A stretch of 64,000 nucleotides of DNA from Dimorphilus gyrociliatus (GCA_904063045.1 CAJFCJ010000019.1:1106570-1170569); one strand, 5' to 3'. Positions 11,980-26,687 are shown, counted from the first letter of the stretch. A program made the numbers and translations. The notes: a model not told the origin generated them from the sequence alone.

Positions 11980-12874
11980 GTGAGCTCTTAAAATGAGTAG
12001 TTTGTAGTGATCGTCGTTTATAAATCAAATTACATCTATAATGAACTTACCGGATCGCCAGTAAGTGGATATCAGTTTTGGCGCGAAAATCAAATTGTTT
12101 AGCGATAATAGATTGATGTGTATATAGGCGTAGTTGCCGTCTTTTGTGCGAGACAGTATTGAGTTAGCATCAAGTTGATTGTAGGGCGGTAAACGTCCAT
12201 GTTTTTACGTGCGCTCGGCGTCGTATATCGTGATTAAGGCATCATTAGTACGTCTTCCTTTGTCTTTCGTGTACCGCGACGGTAAACTTGTTACTTATAT
12301 TTTATCTACATCCACCCTTTTACGTCTGTATATCCAATGTACACATACGACGAACGATTATTCTTTTCTTGTATCCATTATATGTTTTAGGCGGATAAAA
12401 AACGGACGATGCATAAAATAGGCTTCGTGCGTCGTTAGAGTCGATCAAGGCGTTACTTCCTCTCGTCTTGCTCGACGCTTTCGCCCGTTCCTAGCGTCTA
12501 ATCGAGCTTTGATAAAACGCCTTCCACGCAGCCGTAGAGTTTTTTAAAAAAAAGAAAGAATCTTGTTTGTTTTCCTATAGTGCTTTTTTTGGAACCTTCT
12601 AGGCCTACGCACGGAAGGCGTTTATCACGCGATAAACCTCCTCCACTAGCTGCATTAGCACGTTTGTTCTTTTTCCTTTTTGCATGTACGCCTTTACATA
12701 ATATCATTACGTTTATATACACATTTATTTAAAACACGCCTGACGTTTCTTTTCCGTTAGTCACGCGTTTATCAGGATGTCATTTGGCCTCGGGTTTTAG
12801 GCAAGGATTAATTAAGTAATACAGTGCGTCTCTTTTTAGTTCCACTATAGACTAATCATAATCGTAGAAGACGC

Positions 12875-12912
12875 GCACCATCTGGTCGATTTTCGGCTAC
12901 GCCACCTGGTGT
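12875..12912 (-). promoter_or_regulatory. Two tandem CTCF-like motifs
   Basis: Minus strand CGACCAGATGGTGC (12875-12888) and ACACCAGGTGGCGT (12899-12912), each 12/14 to CCRSYAGRKGGCRS. Both also contain E-box cores. Confidence 0.4.
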
Positions 12913-15008
12913 TCGCCGACTCAGTCACTTTGATGTCGATTCTGGCAATTAGCTTTTATCGATGGCGAAATGAAACGAGATTCTCTAATGATTTCCTGAC
13001 TTCATCGGGCCAAAACTCTTTTTTTTTCTTCCGCATGCAAATAGGCTTTTTCTTTTTAATAAAAAAGAATAACTAGGGAAGAGAAACAGAAATAATAATA
13101 ATAAAAAAGTTCCCTTCTTCGATGGCATAAAAAGAGGACTACGTAGTCTCGACAATGTACTTTGTAAACAATGTTATCTGCAACTCAGCTACGCTTATCA
13201 TTATTTTCTCGACAAAAATATTTTTTCGCCTGTTTATTTCTAAGCGGCCTTGTTCGTTGTCGGCCTATCGTTAATTGATCGTTTCCGTTATGACGTCACA
13301 GGACAAATACTGAGGGGAAGTACCGAATAGAATATCGATAGAAAGCGATGCTTTTAAAAACAACTTCATCTTATCTATCTAGAACAAATTTATAAGGAAA
13401 AATAATTTTAATGTTGATAAATTTACTGCTATTAATAGGTTTTGCTTCAGAAAACTAATTGTTAAGCAAAAATTCCAAAAGTTCACTATGAATCACGTGA
13501 CTGAATAAGGGGCATACCCGGTTCTAGTTGTGAGTCATAATCTATGAATAGGGGAAAGTACACATGCCTTATACGCATGGTCGCCACCGCTTTTATATGG
13601 CTAGTATTGCTCATTCTCTATCCGGTCGCCGCCATGGCCCTACTTCACTTCTAACTAAAAAAAAAACGGGCCTATTTTCGCCGTGCGAGAAGGCCGCGAT
13701 TTTGATATCTCGCCGCACTTGTGTCGCAGCAGCTCTACACTATACAAAAGTATTGTTTTTACTTTCATAACTAGTCGGAAATATGCCGTGTTCTACGAAG
13801 AATAAAGCTGCTTCTCCAGATCGTCGAGTCTATTTCAAGATTAGGTAAGGGTCTTTCATTTTCCAAACGTCTTTTGGACGATTGCCAAGCGTACATTGCT
13901 CCTCGTCGACGGTTTTTTTTTGGCGCGCTTTTAACCCTGGTATTTCCCGCCCGTTTTGAAAATTTCCATCGGATTAAAAGTTTTGTTTCGTTTATATGTA
14001 TCGTGGATCAGTCTGTATTTATAAAATTCGTTGCGATGCGTACTCACGAAGGCGCCGGTCGTACTGTTTTTTTTACTTTGATATTCCGCGCCGCGGTCGT
14101 TTTCATCGATCGAAAAAAATTTTTTCCCCTATTACGTTTTAGTAGTAATTTTCTACGATCCGGGAGAAGAGAACGAGAAACGTTGGCGTGAATAAAACGC
14201 CTAAAGGTGACGGCGAACAGTACTCAGTGACGCTTTTACGAACGTGGTCGGAAGACCGCCGGCTAAACGTAGCGTGCTTAACCTCGACGGCGTCACTCGG
14301 AGTTGACCGACGTTGTTACTGGACGCTCGTCTTGTTTGACGCCGTTAGATTTGGCTAATTTACCGTTTGCTATTAGTAGTATTTTTAGCGTATTGAAAGG
14401 GGGAAATGTATAGGCCTACACTTTTTTTTATTCATCGTGCGAAAGTGCAGAGGCGAGAAGAATGCCGATCGTATTCCAATCATTTCCTTTCTAACTGTAT
14501 AGAATATACTTTATGTGTAATACCGGCTGTAAAAAATTTTTTATCTAAATGTGACATAAGGGTAATAGGTTGCATACGCTTTCGGGTGGCCGCATTCCAA
14601 ATCCTGGGCCAGAGGGTAACACCATCAAGAGTATCAAGTATGGATCCCTGTTTGTCGCTTAATACTGATGGGAAATACATTTAGTAAACTAGTCTACTGT
14701 AATTTGAAGCCCGCCGGGACGGCTATTATTGACAAAATAACGATCTCTGCCGAAATGTAAAAATATACAGCGCGATTAAGTGATTAGCATAATAGGCTGA
14801 ATTGCGTTTGCAAGTAATTATTCCGTAATCTGAGTTATTTCGTCCCGTGTCTTCTGGCTACGCGTTTGCTGGCAACATGCAGCCACACCCCCCAGTCTCC
14901 TGCAACTTGATCACGCCACAATCATACGTTGTTGGTAGGGTCATGTTGCTTTTGCATTCACCACACGACGTCTAATAAGCGTCCTCATTATTCGTCTTAT
15001 CTTTACAG

Positions 15009-15220
15009 ACTCAACGATAAAGTATTGACGTTGAATGCAGCAGCAGGTTAGTTTTATACACACATATATATATATATATATATATAAAAATGTACACAAA
15101 AAAACCAGACCATATATATATATATACTGTATATACTACATGCATATTCACATACTTCCGTTGAGAAATGAGAAAATTTCTATATATGAAGTAACCAACA
15201 AATACAGTATCAAGTAAAGT

Positions 15221-15259
<39 letters not shown>

Positions 15260-18213
15260 ATCTATAATATGCGTGTATATATACAGTAGATATTTATATA
15301 AAATTGTATGTACATATACAATTGAATATAAATTCATATATAAAATGAATAATTTTTATAAATACACAATACTATTATTCATCAATGTACAAAACAATAC
15401 ACCAATATGCTTTTTTCCCAAACGCAGCAACCATCAGCCTCAGCAAGTCGCCTTCTACATCGGCAAGTCAGATGAAAGCGCACCACGCCCCGACTGCTAC
15501 CCCTTTTAGTGACGTCACACCGCGACGCTCGCGCCGACTGGCGTCTAACGGACCGTCGCCGTCCACAGTAGCTGTAGACGCCGCCACGCCTGACGATGAA
15601 CACAAGTTGTCGGCAAAAGAAAATTTAATTACTGAGTCAAACGCCGCCGTTGTCCTCACTGTGGTCGAGCGACTGCCCGACGACGTAGATCTGGACGAAG
15701 AGGGAGAGGAAGAAGAGGACGAAGAAGAAGAGGATATGTGCGAAAGTCTCCTCACTGATACACTATCAATACCTCGCACAGGAGACGGAGTAAAACAGCT
15801 GCAGACATCCTCCAGACCAGTCAGACACGCCGCTAAAACTTGGGATAGCGACATGGTTTGGGGTCACGAAGCCCTTCGAAACGGCGGCGGTTGTTCATCA
15901 TCCTCATCATCCTCACAAGAGAAGACAAATGGGAAAAATGAACCTGCAACGTTTAAATGTCGAACGTGTAATGAAGTATTTATGGAACGTGCCGCTCTTA
16001 AAAGGCATTCAAGAAGACAACATCGTAATGACCGTCCATGGCCAACAAAGAGCGCTTTCGGTACAACGCGGGAGCATCGTACTAACGGAGGTCACGGTGA
16101 CGCTGCCGTTGTCACTCTTAGTAAGGAACGCATGCGGACGTTCGCAAAAGAGATGAAAGAAGCATCAAAGGCCGCTGATAAATTCGTTTGGTGCGCTCTA
16201 TGCCGAAAGAACATATCGAAATTCTATCTAAACACGCATCTACGACTCCACACCGGCCAAAGGCCTTACAGATGCGATTTCTGTGGCTCCTGTTACACGG
16301 ACGATACCAATAGGAATAAGCACGAGAGGAACCATGTTAAGGGTAGACCATTTGCCTGTGATGAGTGTGATGAGCATTTTATTACACCTAGATCTTTAAA
16401 ATTCCATCTTCGAAAAGTTCACAATAGAACAAAAGACGTACCAAGTACGGATGAAATTCTTGCGCAGGTAGCTAATCAACATGGGGTAATAAGAGCGATG
16501 AATGGTAACGGAAGACAAGCCAGTATGGACGATGCTGATACACCACCATCACCACCTGCACAACGTAAACGTTCTAGTCCAATTCATACAACTGATGATA
16601 GTGGAGCCTGTTCGAGTGACTCAGAAGCAGCATATGCTTGTACAGACTGTCCAGAAAATCAAAGAAGAACTTATGCTTCAAGGAGTAGCTTGTATCAGCA
16701 CTACAAACGTTGCCATAGCGGAATTCGTCCAAACCCTCTTAAGCTATCGAACAACAAGCCGATTAAGAAGGAAACACTATCTTATGAAACGTCTGTTAAA
16801 CGACGGCGCTACGACTCATCTCCTCAAATTGTGAGAGTTAAAACCGAAAAAGAGGAAGAGGTTCTTGAGGAAGCTACACTAGAGGATATTGAAAATGTGT
16901 TTGGCTCAATGGAAGAATTACAGCGCGAGGATTGGCCTCCTCCTCATACAACTGCTCTTGTAACTGCAAGATGTTCTCTGTGCGGTTCTGGATTCGCCGA
17001 AGATTCTAAACTTCGAGCTCACATTGAAAACGTTCATGGATTAAATCCGGATCAAGCATCCTCATCTAACGGTTTCTGCCCACCAGGCTACATGGACGCT
17101 CAAAATGTTATCTACTCTTTTCAGCAGCAACAGCAGATGACAGATGTCAGTCCTTCCGCTCGTCTAGCCCCACCAACGCCAGCTACACCAGATGATGAGT
17201 ACGCGTCTTTCCTAATGGGGGGCCAGCAAAGGTCGACCTCTCCCATAGCAACTTCACTAGATATGGATTTAAAATTGCCGAGTTTTGATCAGTTTTTAAA
17301 GCCAGTACCAGATGAGGATAAATCAGCGCCTCGACTTCCCTCTTATTCGGAGTCTTTAGACGTTGCAGCTCCTCCATCTACAACCCATCCGGCCATCGTA
17401 AGCGTTCTTAAGGCGCCCACTTATCATACACTGAAATCTCCAAAAGCCAAATCATTACTTAGCCCTGCCAGACCTGCACTCTCACCCGTCCATTCGCTGC
17501 CACCCTCTCCTCTTACTGTCAGTCCAGCGGCTAGAATTGTTAGTCCAGCAAGATGCAGTACTACTAGTTGTAGTCCGCGAGCTCGGCTCGTTTTACCAAC
17601 TTCATCTACGCCCTCAGCTCCCGCTACTGCAGCCAACAGCAACTCACGCAAACCGCCGGACATGAGCGTCCCGCTCACGCCAATAGACGAGCCCGGAGAC
17701 GTGATTAGCAACAAAGCGTTGCCTTCAATCTCGGCCCTATTACCGCCGCTCGATCAAGACTCTACACCCCCAACTTCGCCCAATAACCGAAAGGTCGATA
17801 TTAATCAAAATCACCAGATGGCGCGAAGAGAAAGTATTGTTTGTAGGTTACGCAAAGCCTTAAAAGGAGTAGGAGCAAAAATGGGACCAGTTGCAGAACT
17901 ATTAAAAGACGGCTGTTTAGAATCATGGGTCGATGAGCAATTGAATAGTAGTGGAGACGAAATGCCAAACTCTCCACCGCCCTCTCCAGACGGTTTAAAT
18001 GCGTTTTCTACAAATGAACTACTCGACGAACTAATGTCGAGAAGATCTTCCTCATGCGTGTGCGGCTTAATTTTCAACGATCGCACTCATTTAGCCATTC
18101 ATCGAGTGCTGCACGATCCGCACAGGCCGGCGTCCTGCTCAATGTGCAACGAACATTTTGCTACCTGGTGTGAATTTATCGAGCACCTAAATACCGGATC
18201 GGGATGCAAATGA
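15009..18213 (+). CDS. Multi-C2H2 zinc-finger transcription factor
   Basis: Small exon 15009-15046 splices in frame to the large exon 15428-18213 (956 aa if the 11933 exon is used). One isolated finger, a three-finger cluster with HTGQRPY linker, two further spaced fingers, a Pro/Ser-rich region, and a C-terminal finger pair. Confidence 0.9.
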
Positions 18214-18997
18214 ACCACGTAGCCTTAGGGGATTTTACAAACAAAAGCAAAACAAAAACACTACAAAAAAGAGAATGATAGAAAAGGGGAGAGAGAAAAG
18301 TGAATCTAATACGTAACAAAAAGAAAAAGGGACCAAAGAAAAAAAAAAACTCTCACCGACTTGATTCCTTATAATATCTATAAATTTACTTTATTCGTTC
18401 GACATTCCAGAAATTCTTCTTTTTCTTTTCTAGCCGTCTTGTTCGCGTTCATATAATTGTGTCGATTTCTATATATCACCGTTAATGCCTAGTCAGATGA
18501 AAAGAGAAAAGCTTTTGCACTGTATGCAAACTCTTGCAGGTTGTTTTATTTCTTTATTTTGTACATATCCTTGACGCGTATAACGACAGTATTTTTGTAC
18601 ACATTTTTGTCATTTATATTTTCAAAACAATATCCGAAAAAGAAGTTTAGAAAGCATTTATACGAGTAGATTTTTAAAAAATTGTATACAAATTCCCTGT
18701 CCAAGATTATCTATGTTTTCGTACAAAATTTGTGCATTTTCTCAATTTTTATTCAATTCGTTTTACTGTCATGATAATATCTATATGTATATTAAAAACT
18801 GTATATATATATATATATATATTTCTACTATATGCAGTATATTTATATATATACATACATAATACACACACATATATATATATGTATATTTTCTGAAAAG
18901 ATATAATTGTCTACAAAAGCTTATGTATATATCCCACATATATATATATATATATATATTTGGCATATATATTATACGATATAACATAAAATTTTAG

Positions 18998-20370
18998 TTA
19001 TGTTGTGTTATTGTTCGCACAATACACTCGCTTCTTTGTGCCTGTTTTCTCGGTACATTTTTCTATGCGCTTTATCGATTGACGGTATGCTTTATGAAGG
19101 GCGTATGATCTCCTACATACCGTCCCTCCTCCCCTTCTGAATTGAGATTTGTCCCTATTTATATCACCAATACATGTCCAATATTCGGTACTCTGTCTCG
19201 AATCATCATCGTTCACCGCCCACTTGGAATGATCGGATGTATTATTAAAATTGTCGTTGTTGACCTTTAGACCCTTCACATTCTTCACCGAATACTTTGC
19301 GCTGCAATTTGATTCTAAAACGTCGCTCTTTTTTTCCAATTGCCAGGTGTTTACAAGTAGATCGGAAGTGAGTGTTGACGCTACTAGACCAGAGTATAAA
19401 TCATCACCGAAACATTTAGATTTAGCGAATGTCTTAAAGCCGGAAATGTCGGCGACGCGTTCGCAGGAAGAACGATAAGCTGGATATTTGTTATGAACGA
19501 CTTCGTATAAATATTTAATGTCTAAATAGTTTGGCTTAATGTTAGAAGCGTATACATTCGCTTCATTGTACCACAACTGTTCTATTACCGACGGTAATTG
19601 GCTTCGGTCGACGTTCATACATAATAAGTTCTGACCGAACCGACATCCGCTTCTCGGATAAGCGTATCTAGTTGAAAGGGAAGGGTCGGGCGGAAAATGA
19701 GGTATACTATGCACAATCCAAATAGCTGTTTTCTCATCAAAAATTACCAAGCCTTTAGTATGTCCACAGCCGATAGCTGGGCGACCTTCGGCTGAAGGCG
19801 GTGGCTGATCGTTGTAGATGATGTATTGTAGCTGGAAAAGAACGGAGTAAGAGGAAAATGATACGTCAAGATACAAATTCATGAATGCTTATAAACAATA
19901 TATATACTGTATATATAAATTTATATATATACAACTATATATAAGTTTTATTTTCAAGCAATTAGCTGACGATGCGCGCGCCGCAAATGGAATAAACAAT
20001 CGTAAATTATGCAAATATTTACGCTTTTATTTTCGTATATTTGCCCGACGGTGTAGGAGAGAGGTTGTCGACTATCGTTAACGGATCTCTCATTCCTCCT
20101 CCAGTAAGTTCTTCCACTGTCCAAATAATCGAACGCCTTTCCTTCCTTCAACTTCCGGTCTGAGCTGTGAGCGCGTTTAGGTAATTTGTAGACGGCGAAC
20201 CTTTGAGCAAATAGATTAGTTATTCGATTACTCGAGAAAAATAGCGTTAATAAGCGTTAGCATCCCACTTACCAATCAACCGTCTCGTTCCTATTGTTCC
20301 GGCAAGAGACGTCGCATTTGTTCGGGGAACAAAACAGGAAAAAAATCGATGCTAACAGCGACGAACGCAT
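18998..20370 (-). CDS. DNASE2: Deoxyribonuclease II
   Basis: Exons 20370-20273, 20200-20023, 19831-18998 give 369 aa. Signal peptide MRSSLLASIFFLFCS, VDWFAVYKLP, GHTKG, WIVHSIPHFPP, DHSKW, CIGDINR...RGGGTVC. Confidence 0.95.
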
Positions 20371-21211
20371 AGCGACTGTCTCGAAAAAAACGTATCTCTG
20401 ACTAAATATAACTTAATGCGATCTGCATGTATATATACATGCACACTAATACACATACATACAGACTTATTTGCTATTTATCCCCCAAAGCTATACTATA
20501 TATCAAAGACTGTCGACGGAAAGAGGCTTAAAATCGCTCGCCGATCAGCTTCATCGTCGTTCTACACTAGAAATATACAGTTTCCCTCTACTCTTCAGCC
20601 TTTAATCAATTTCCTCCTGATTTTTATAACAGCCTGCGCGAACTAAATATCACAAAATCATCCTATATGAACAAATTGCGCTACAGGCCATAAACTTAAT
20701 GATATTCCCTTATATACTAAGGAAGGCCTAAGTTTATCATGTAACAATGAGCTTTCATGTACTTGGCTTAGCTTTAATAATATCGTATTTCTACGCCACT
20801 CCTTCTTATTAGTCTGAGAGTGAAAACCGGCGCCCGCACCACGTCGCCACGATTCAATATTACTCTATTAATGCCATCTATCGACCGAATAAAACACCTA
20901 AATTCTCTTTCTTCAATTTGCCTATCTTTCTATTTTTTTTTCTCTCTCTCTCTCTCTCTCTCTCGCTGTCTCTCTTTGCTTATTAAAAAAGTGACACGTT
21001 GTTATCTGGTTGCATACGAAGAAAATGTTTATTAAAAGATCTATTTCAAAAATATATGCCCTTAAAAGTATAAATAGAGAGAAAAGCTGTTTTGGAAATG
21101 CCTAAGTATCAATTTTTATGGAGTAGGAACATTTTGTCTTTTTTTCCTCTTTTTTCCATTATTATTTGTTCAGGTTTCTTTCTTAGTATGTCGTCTGATG
21201 TTTACTTCATA

Positions 21212-22020
21212 TTACTTGTTCGATTTCCTCTCTTCTTCCAGTTCTGTAAAGGTTGGAGGAAGAAAATGGGTAAAGAGTTGTCATTTTATTGGTAAAATCT
21301 ACAGAAAATACGAATAATAATAGAATCTTATTACGTTCTTTCGTTGGTAAAGGGTTCTTCTCCTTAGTTTCCGTTTTCTTTAATTTACTTGCGTCAAAGG
21401 CTTCGATGTCTTTTTGAACATCTAAAAAAAGAGAAAGAAATGCATATGCAAATATATAGTACATGTCTATAAATATTCCTTTATAATCGGCGTATACAAA
21501 TGTACATCTGTATAAATGAATGTAGAAGTTTACTAAGAATTTGAAAAGCAAACAAACAAACAAAAAAAGTAGACCGGAGAAAAATTGTACACAATTTAAA
21601 AAAAAAAAAGGATGACTAATGAACCTAGAGGAATAAAATGGGAAAATGAACATGAATAAAATAGAAAAAAAAAAGTTGCTTATATGCTTTATACATATAT
21701 AATTAGTTATAACACATCTAAATTACGTTTGGCCTGTTTGTAAAGTGAGGCGTGGCAGTAATGGGGTGTGGTGTATCGATCGATATATGTACGGAAATAT
21801 AACGAAATGTACCATTCATTTTTACATGTTTTTTTTCTTTCTTTTTTCGTCTATTAATGTAACCTTTTTCTATGTAAATATCTACAATTGTAATAAGTTT
21901 ATAAGGTTTTTTCTGTATTTCTTGGTAAGAATGCAAATAGTAAGGAATGCTAAATATTAAGAAAGCTATATTATCTATAACATCATAAATTTTGGTTAGC
22001 GTTGGTGAGGGAAGGAAATA

Positions 22021-22076
<56 letters not shown>

Positions 22077-22200
22077 TTATATACTAATATATATATATAG
22101 ATATATATATGTATATGTATAAAAGAGACTGATTATCAGTAACTAACTAGCCTCTTTGTCTCTACATCTCTCTCTCTCTCTGTCTCTTTCTCTGTCTCTT

Positions 22201-22258
<58 letters not shown>

Positions 22259-22447
22259 AACGTTTACCATGTCTATCCTTTTTCCCCTCTATTCGTATAT
22301 GTACAATGTACAGTATTTTGTATCTTTTCATGCATAATTATATTTTTCTCTTATGCTCTATCTTCTTATCCTATACAGTTATTTTAATTCATTTTAGCTC
22401 TATTTACGAAACTTACCATCTTGCATTTTTGGGTCGGTTTCAGGCAT
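21212..22447 (-). CDS. TMSB: Beta-thymosin (single WH2/thymosin repeat, 49 aa)
   Basis: Exons 22447-22417, 21421-21335, 21243-21212 give [49 protein letters not shown], with the LKKTET actin-binding motif. Confidence 0.92.
22027..22072. repeat. Long (TA)n microsatellite; a (CT)n-(TA)n compound repeat follows at about 22160-22258
   Basis: Read directly. Both lie in thymosin intron 1. Similar (TA)n tracts occur throughout the window. Confidence 0.9.
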
Positions 22448-24681
22448 CTTGCTTGATTTAGTCTTTTTGGTACTGTTACCACAACTTATAGAAGCTGTTC
22501 AATCGTTGTATAATAACCAAATAATCCTTTGAAAGCATCCGCTCTAAAATAAAAAAGAACGGTAGATTCCATTTTTCTAATAGGAGAGTCGGCTTTAAGT
22601 TTTAGTCATTTTTCACTTTTGAATCATCCAACATTGCTTTTCCATAGCAGAAAGAGAGTGTTACATATTCTTAAAGAATAGATTCTGATTCATCGGCCCT
22701 GAGACGAGATGCGTCATCAGCCCCTTATTGCGTGATTGCAAAACATGGTACTACCACTACCAGTAACCTCACCCGAAAATTATCTACACTAATGACTTGT
22801 GTTAACAAGGAATATATTAATAAGCTTTAAAAAAAATGAATAGCTATGAATTAATGTTTATCAGTTAGTTTAGGTTTTTATGAAATCTACTTTTTTTTAT
22901 GAAAAAACAAAAAGTAACAAATATAAAAATTTATATTAAAAAAAAAGTATGTGAATGTACGGTCAAAACTTATATAACTGCAATTTCGGAAACGTGCCGC
23001 GATAAGAATCTTGAACAATATAAACGGCTAAATTACCTATTATCGCAATTTGTTGATAAGAATGGAAGTTTTGGTATATTTATTCGATGAAATAATTTCC
23101 TAAATTGCTTGGGTGTTGTGCTCCCCTGTGATATGTGTATGTGCTATATGTGCTTTATATATATATATATATATATATGTATAAATTTATACATATATAT
23201 CTGTATATGCGCCTTTGTTTGTACTTGTACTTGATTACTGATATGCAGGTGGGTTTTGCAGATGTAAGAAATAACCATGTTTGTCATCAAGATTAATCTA
23301 ACGAAATGTTTTGTTATAAAGATATACCTGAAACCCTGGAAATTTTTCCCTTATCATTTAATGCAATATAGGAAATTAAATTTTCCCAATGAATTCTCTC
23401 TTTCTCTCTCCTCTATTGTTGACCGCTTGTGAATTTGGTGATAAATTGATAATGCCAACGTTAATGTCAACTTAATGTCTCGATATCGTCTCGTTTCGCA
23501 TTACTGCATTGTTTTTTCTTTATTTAATTAAAAATGCAAAAAAAGGGAAAATATCGAACATATGTTGTTATAAGAAAGTTACGCCCATCATATTACCAGA
23601 CACTAAAGCAACGATTAAGTCTAGCTCTTGTCTGTTTTAAGTAGGCAATTTGAGTAGAGGAATTATGCTGTTTCGTAATAATAATGCTAATAGGCTTGTT
23701 AAAGATGTAATTGAGACCCGTAGCTTTATTCAAAGTCTCGCCAACTCTATTTAACCTTTTGCTATACACTTCTACGCCCTCTACCACACGAAATTAGTGA
23801 AATTAGTCTTTTTTCCCATTAACTTTCTTTTAGTTTTCGTTTCATCTTGAAAAGAGATTCTGACTAGTGATTTAGTACACTACTGCCATCTGTGTTTCAA
23901 AGCGTAGAGAGTATGTACATGTCTATAAGTAAAAATAAAAAGTGTATGCATACCGTACATATACAGTTGTGTAAAATTTCTTTCCACCCACTGTCTTTCG
24001 CCTCCTCGCCCACCTCTCGTATTAAGTTAGAGGCAAAAACCTTAGGCAGATATCAATTAAGAGACAAATAAGAATTAAAGAACATACTTCCACTTTTAAA
24101 AGCATTTTCTCATTAGAGGCCTTCTTTATATAAATTTGACATACGAATATTTTCTTTCTTGCATAAGTAACTTAGAAGAAAAAGGGTGGAAAAAGAAAAA
24201 ACTAGGGGAGTTTTATAAGCAAAATATCAAAATATTTATTACCTTTATAAGATAATTAACAAATAAATAAAAAAAGAGTAATAATCTTATGAATAATAAA
24301 TATTAATAAATATAAATTGACGTAGTTTTTAATGATAAATTATATACATAGTAATTAATATTTGATAAAATCATAGCTTTATTGCGCAATAAGATTTTTT
24401 AAATATTGGTAATTTTAGTGTTATAACAATTAAACAATATATAAAAGAAATTGAATTTTTTACAAGGAAAGAACCATTAGTTAGTAAAAAAAGAAGAGAT
24501 ATTTAATTTCAATTGTTAGTTATAAAACAATAGAGTATAAAGGTTTCAGTTAAATTTTTTACTTTGATTAATTATACTCTCTCTCTCTCTCTCTCTCCTA
24601 TTCCCTTTGAGAAGGAGGTCAACGAATGATAGGGAGAAAAAGAGAACATAATAATAAAAATATCAACACTAATCTTTCTAA

Positions 24682-26319
24682 TCATTTGTGATCGTTATTC
24701 ATTTTCTTCTGCCTCTTTTGCCTTCTATTCAGTTCAAGTGATAATAGTTTATTCTTTTCGTACGTAAACATTTGCTCAGCTGACGGTAATGAACTTTTAC
24801 ATTCGACCAAATTAATTAAGGAATTTGGTAATTTAAAATTTGGATTATCAAGATGAAATTGATCAGTTTTATCTTCTCTATCATTATCACCTTTGGCATT
24901 TATATCCAATGAATTTATAGACATTACTAAATTTACATCTTTCCTTAATTGTAAAAGTTCCTTTTCAATTTTATTATTCTTTCTCTCTAGATCTTCTACT
25001 CTATTATATTGAAAGACTTCTTCACCCATTTCACTTAACTGTGACTTTTCCGGCGTTAATCCCGCAATGGCTATTTCAGGAGAATTATTCTTAGTCGATG
25101 TTTGGAAACAAGATTCTATTTTTGAAATCTATTAGCAATTTTAATTAAAGTTAATTAATTTGTTCTTTTATATAAATTCAATTAAGTTTACTTTTCGAGC
25201 ATCACGAAGGCTTTTCTTCTTTTTTGCAGATATTTTACAATTTAATTTCGATGGTGCACTCTTAGATATTCCGTAAATTTTACTCTGATCAATACTAACA
25301 TATGGCCATTTATCATCGTTGTCGCTTATCGTGTAATAATCATTACTGTTGTCAATTGATTCCCTATCTTCCTCTATCGAACTCGGCAATTCGATATCAG
25401 GTTGATTAAGCCATTTAGAAACAGTCGTTTCCTCTTGCATAAGATTATTGTTATTATTTTTTTTTATAAACAAAAAACAAGCATGTTATTTTTATCCTTA
25501 TTATGAAATTTATCAATATATATATATATATATATATATATTGATAAATAATTCTATTTTTATTACTTTCTAGCTGAGCTTTTATAGAATATTTCGAGTT
25601 TATTCCTGTATGATTTCCTGTCGAATTTTGCCCTTTACAAGACTCTAGTCTCGGATAATTGCTCTCTTTATAATAGAGTATAGAGCTTGACATGTCCTAT
25701 CATAATTAACTTAATATCTTTCATGAAATAATCAAAAAGATGGGATATGCAAAGTTTTTTTTCATTAATTAGAGTTAAATTTAGCTATTTATCCCATTCA
25801 ATATATTGTATATATGTGTATAAAGATATACAGTATGTATGCTATATATATACACATAAATTTGCTATAAATATATATATTTTTCTTACTAAGTTTTCCT
25901 CTGAATGCCAAGCGTCTCTAATGGAGTCTCGTCTAATGATAGCCGACTTAATGATAGGATTAAAGGCATCACATTTGTTGACTAAGGCCGTATGTTGTTC
26001 TTCATCATACGTCTGGGTCATTTTGAGCTCTCTTCTCGGTCTTTCTTCAGAAATAGAACGAAAAGAACGAAAAATAGAATACCTCTTCTCCAACGTAGTA
26101 GTTGACGTTTCGACATTTGAGGAATTCCTAGAAAACAACACTTTTGTTAATTATAGAGTAATATAGGTGTAGGATAAAAAAAGAAGAAAAAGAAAACAAT
26201 GCTTATCCACTATTAAGACGACTAGTCTCTCTTTACAGCTAAAGTCTATTTTAATAAGTATATTGTATACTTGTTCTTTCAACATACTTGTTTGTTCTCT
26301 TTCTTCGTAAAAAGCCCAT
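24682..26319 (-). CDS. Uncharacterised 5-exon protein (362 aa) with a C-terminal coiled-coil-like segment
   Basis: Exons 26319-26288, 26127-25890, 25696-25567, 25433-25192, 25128-24682 all have GT/AG boundaries with compatible phases and join four ORF-track fragments. No domain recognised. Confidence 0.65.
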
Positions 26320-26687
26320 AATTGGATTGTGTTCTTTTAGTTTTTTAAATTTTAAATAGTATATATAATGACATATTCAATTAATTATTTTAATAAAATC
26401 ACCTGCTAATACATAATTCAATATCCATTTCTTCTCAACTAGTAAACAACGCTAATTTTCCCTTAGTAATATGCCTATTTAACTGTTACGTCATTAAGTC
26501 AGTTGTGACTGGTATTGAGTAGTATTATAATAGCAAACGAGCATGGCTTGTACTGGTTTTATCTTATTTTTCTTTTGAAAAAGTCCGCCAAATATCCTGT
26601 CTAGGACAGTTTTATCCGGTTTGATGCTTTTAAACGTAAGAAAAAACAAATAGTGTACTAGATTAATGAGAAACTCGCATCGTAGAT

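Noticed and set aside
15468-18086. Antisense and alternate-frame ORFs overlapping the zinc-finger gene (likewise over p53, DNase II, the GPCR and FoxA)
   Set aside because: Shadow ORFs expected from stop-poor coding sequence; no independent evidence.
21244-21300. Alternative upstream acceptor in the last thymosin intron giving a longer C-terminus
   Set aside because: It would leave an intron of only about 35 nt and destroy the conserved C-terminal helix.
22685-22725. CTGATGA on the minus strand (hammerhead core or C box) in the upstream thymosin intron
   Set aside because: No correctly placed GAAA core with flanking stems, and no D box closing a terminal stem.
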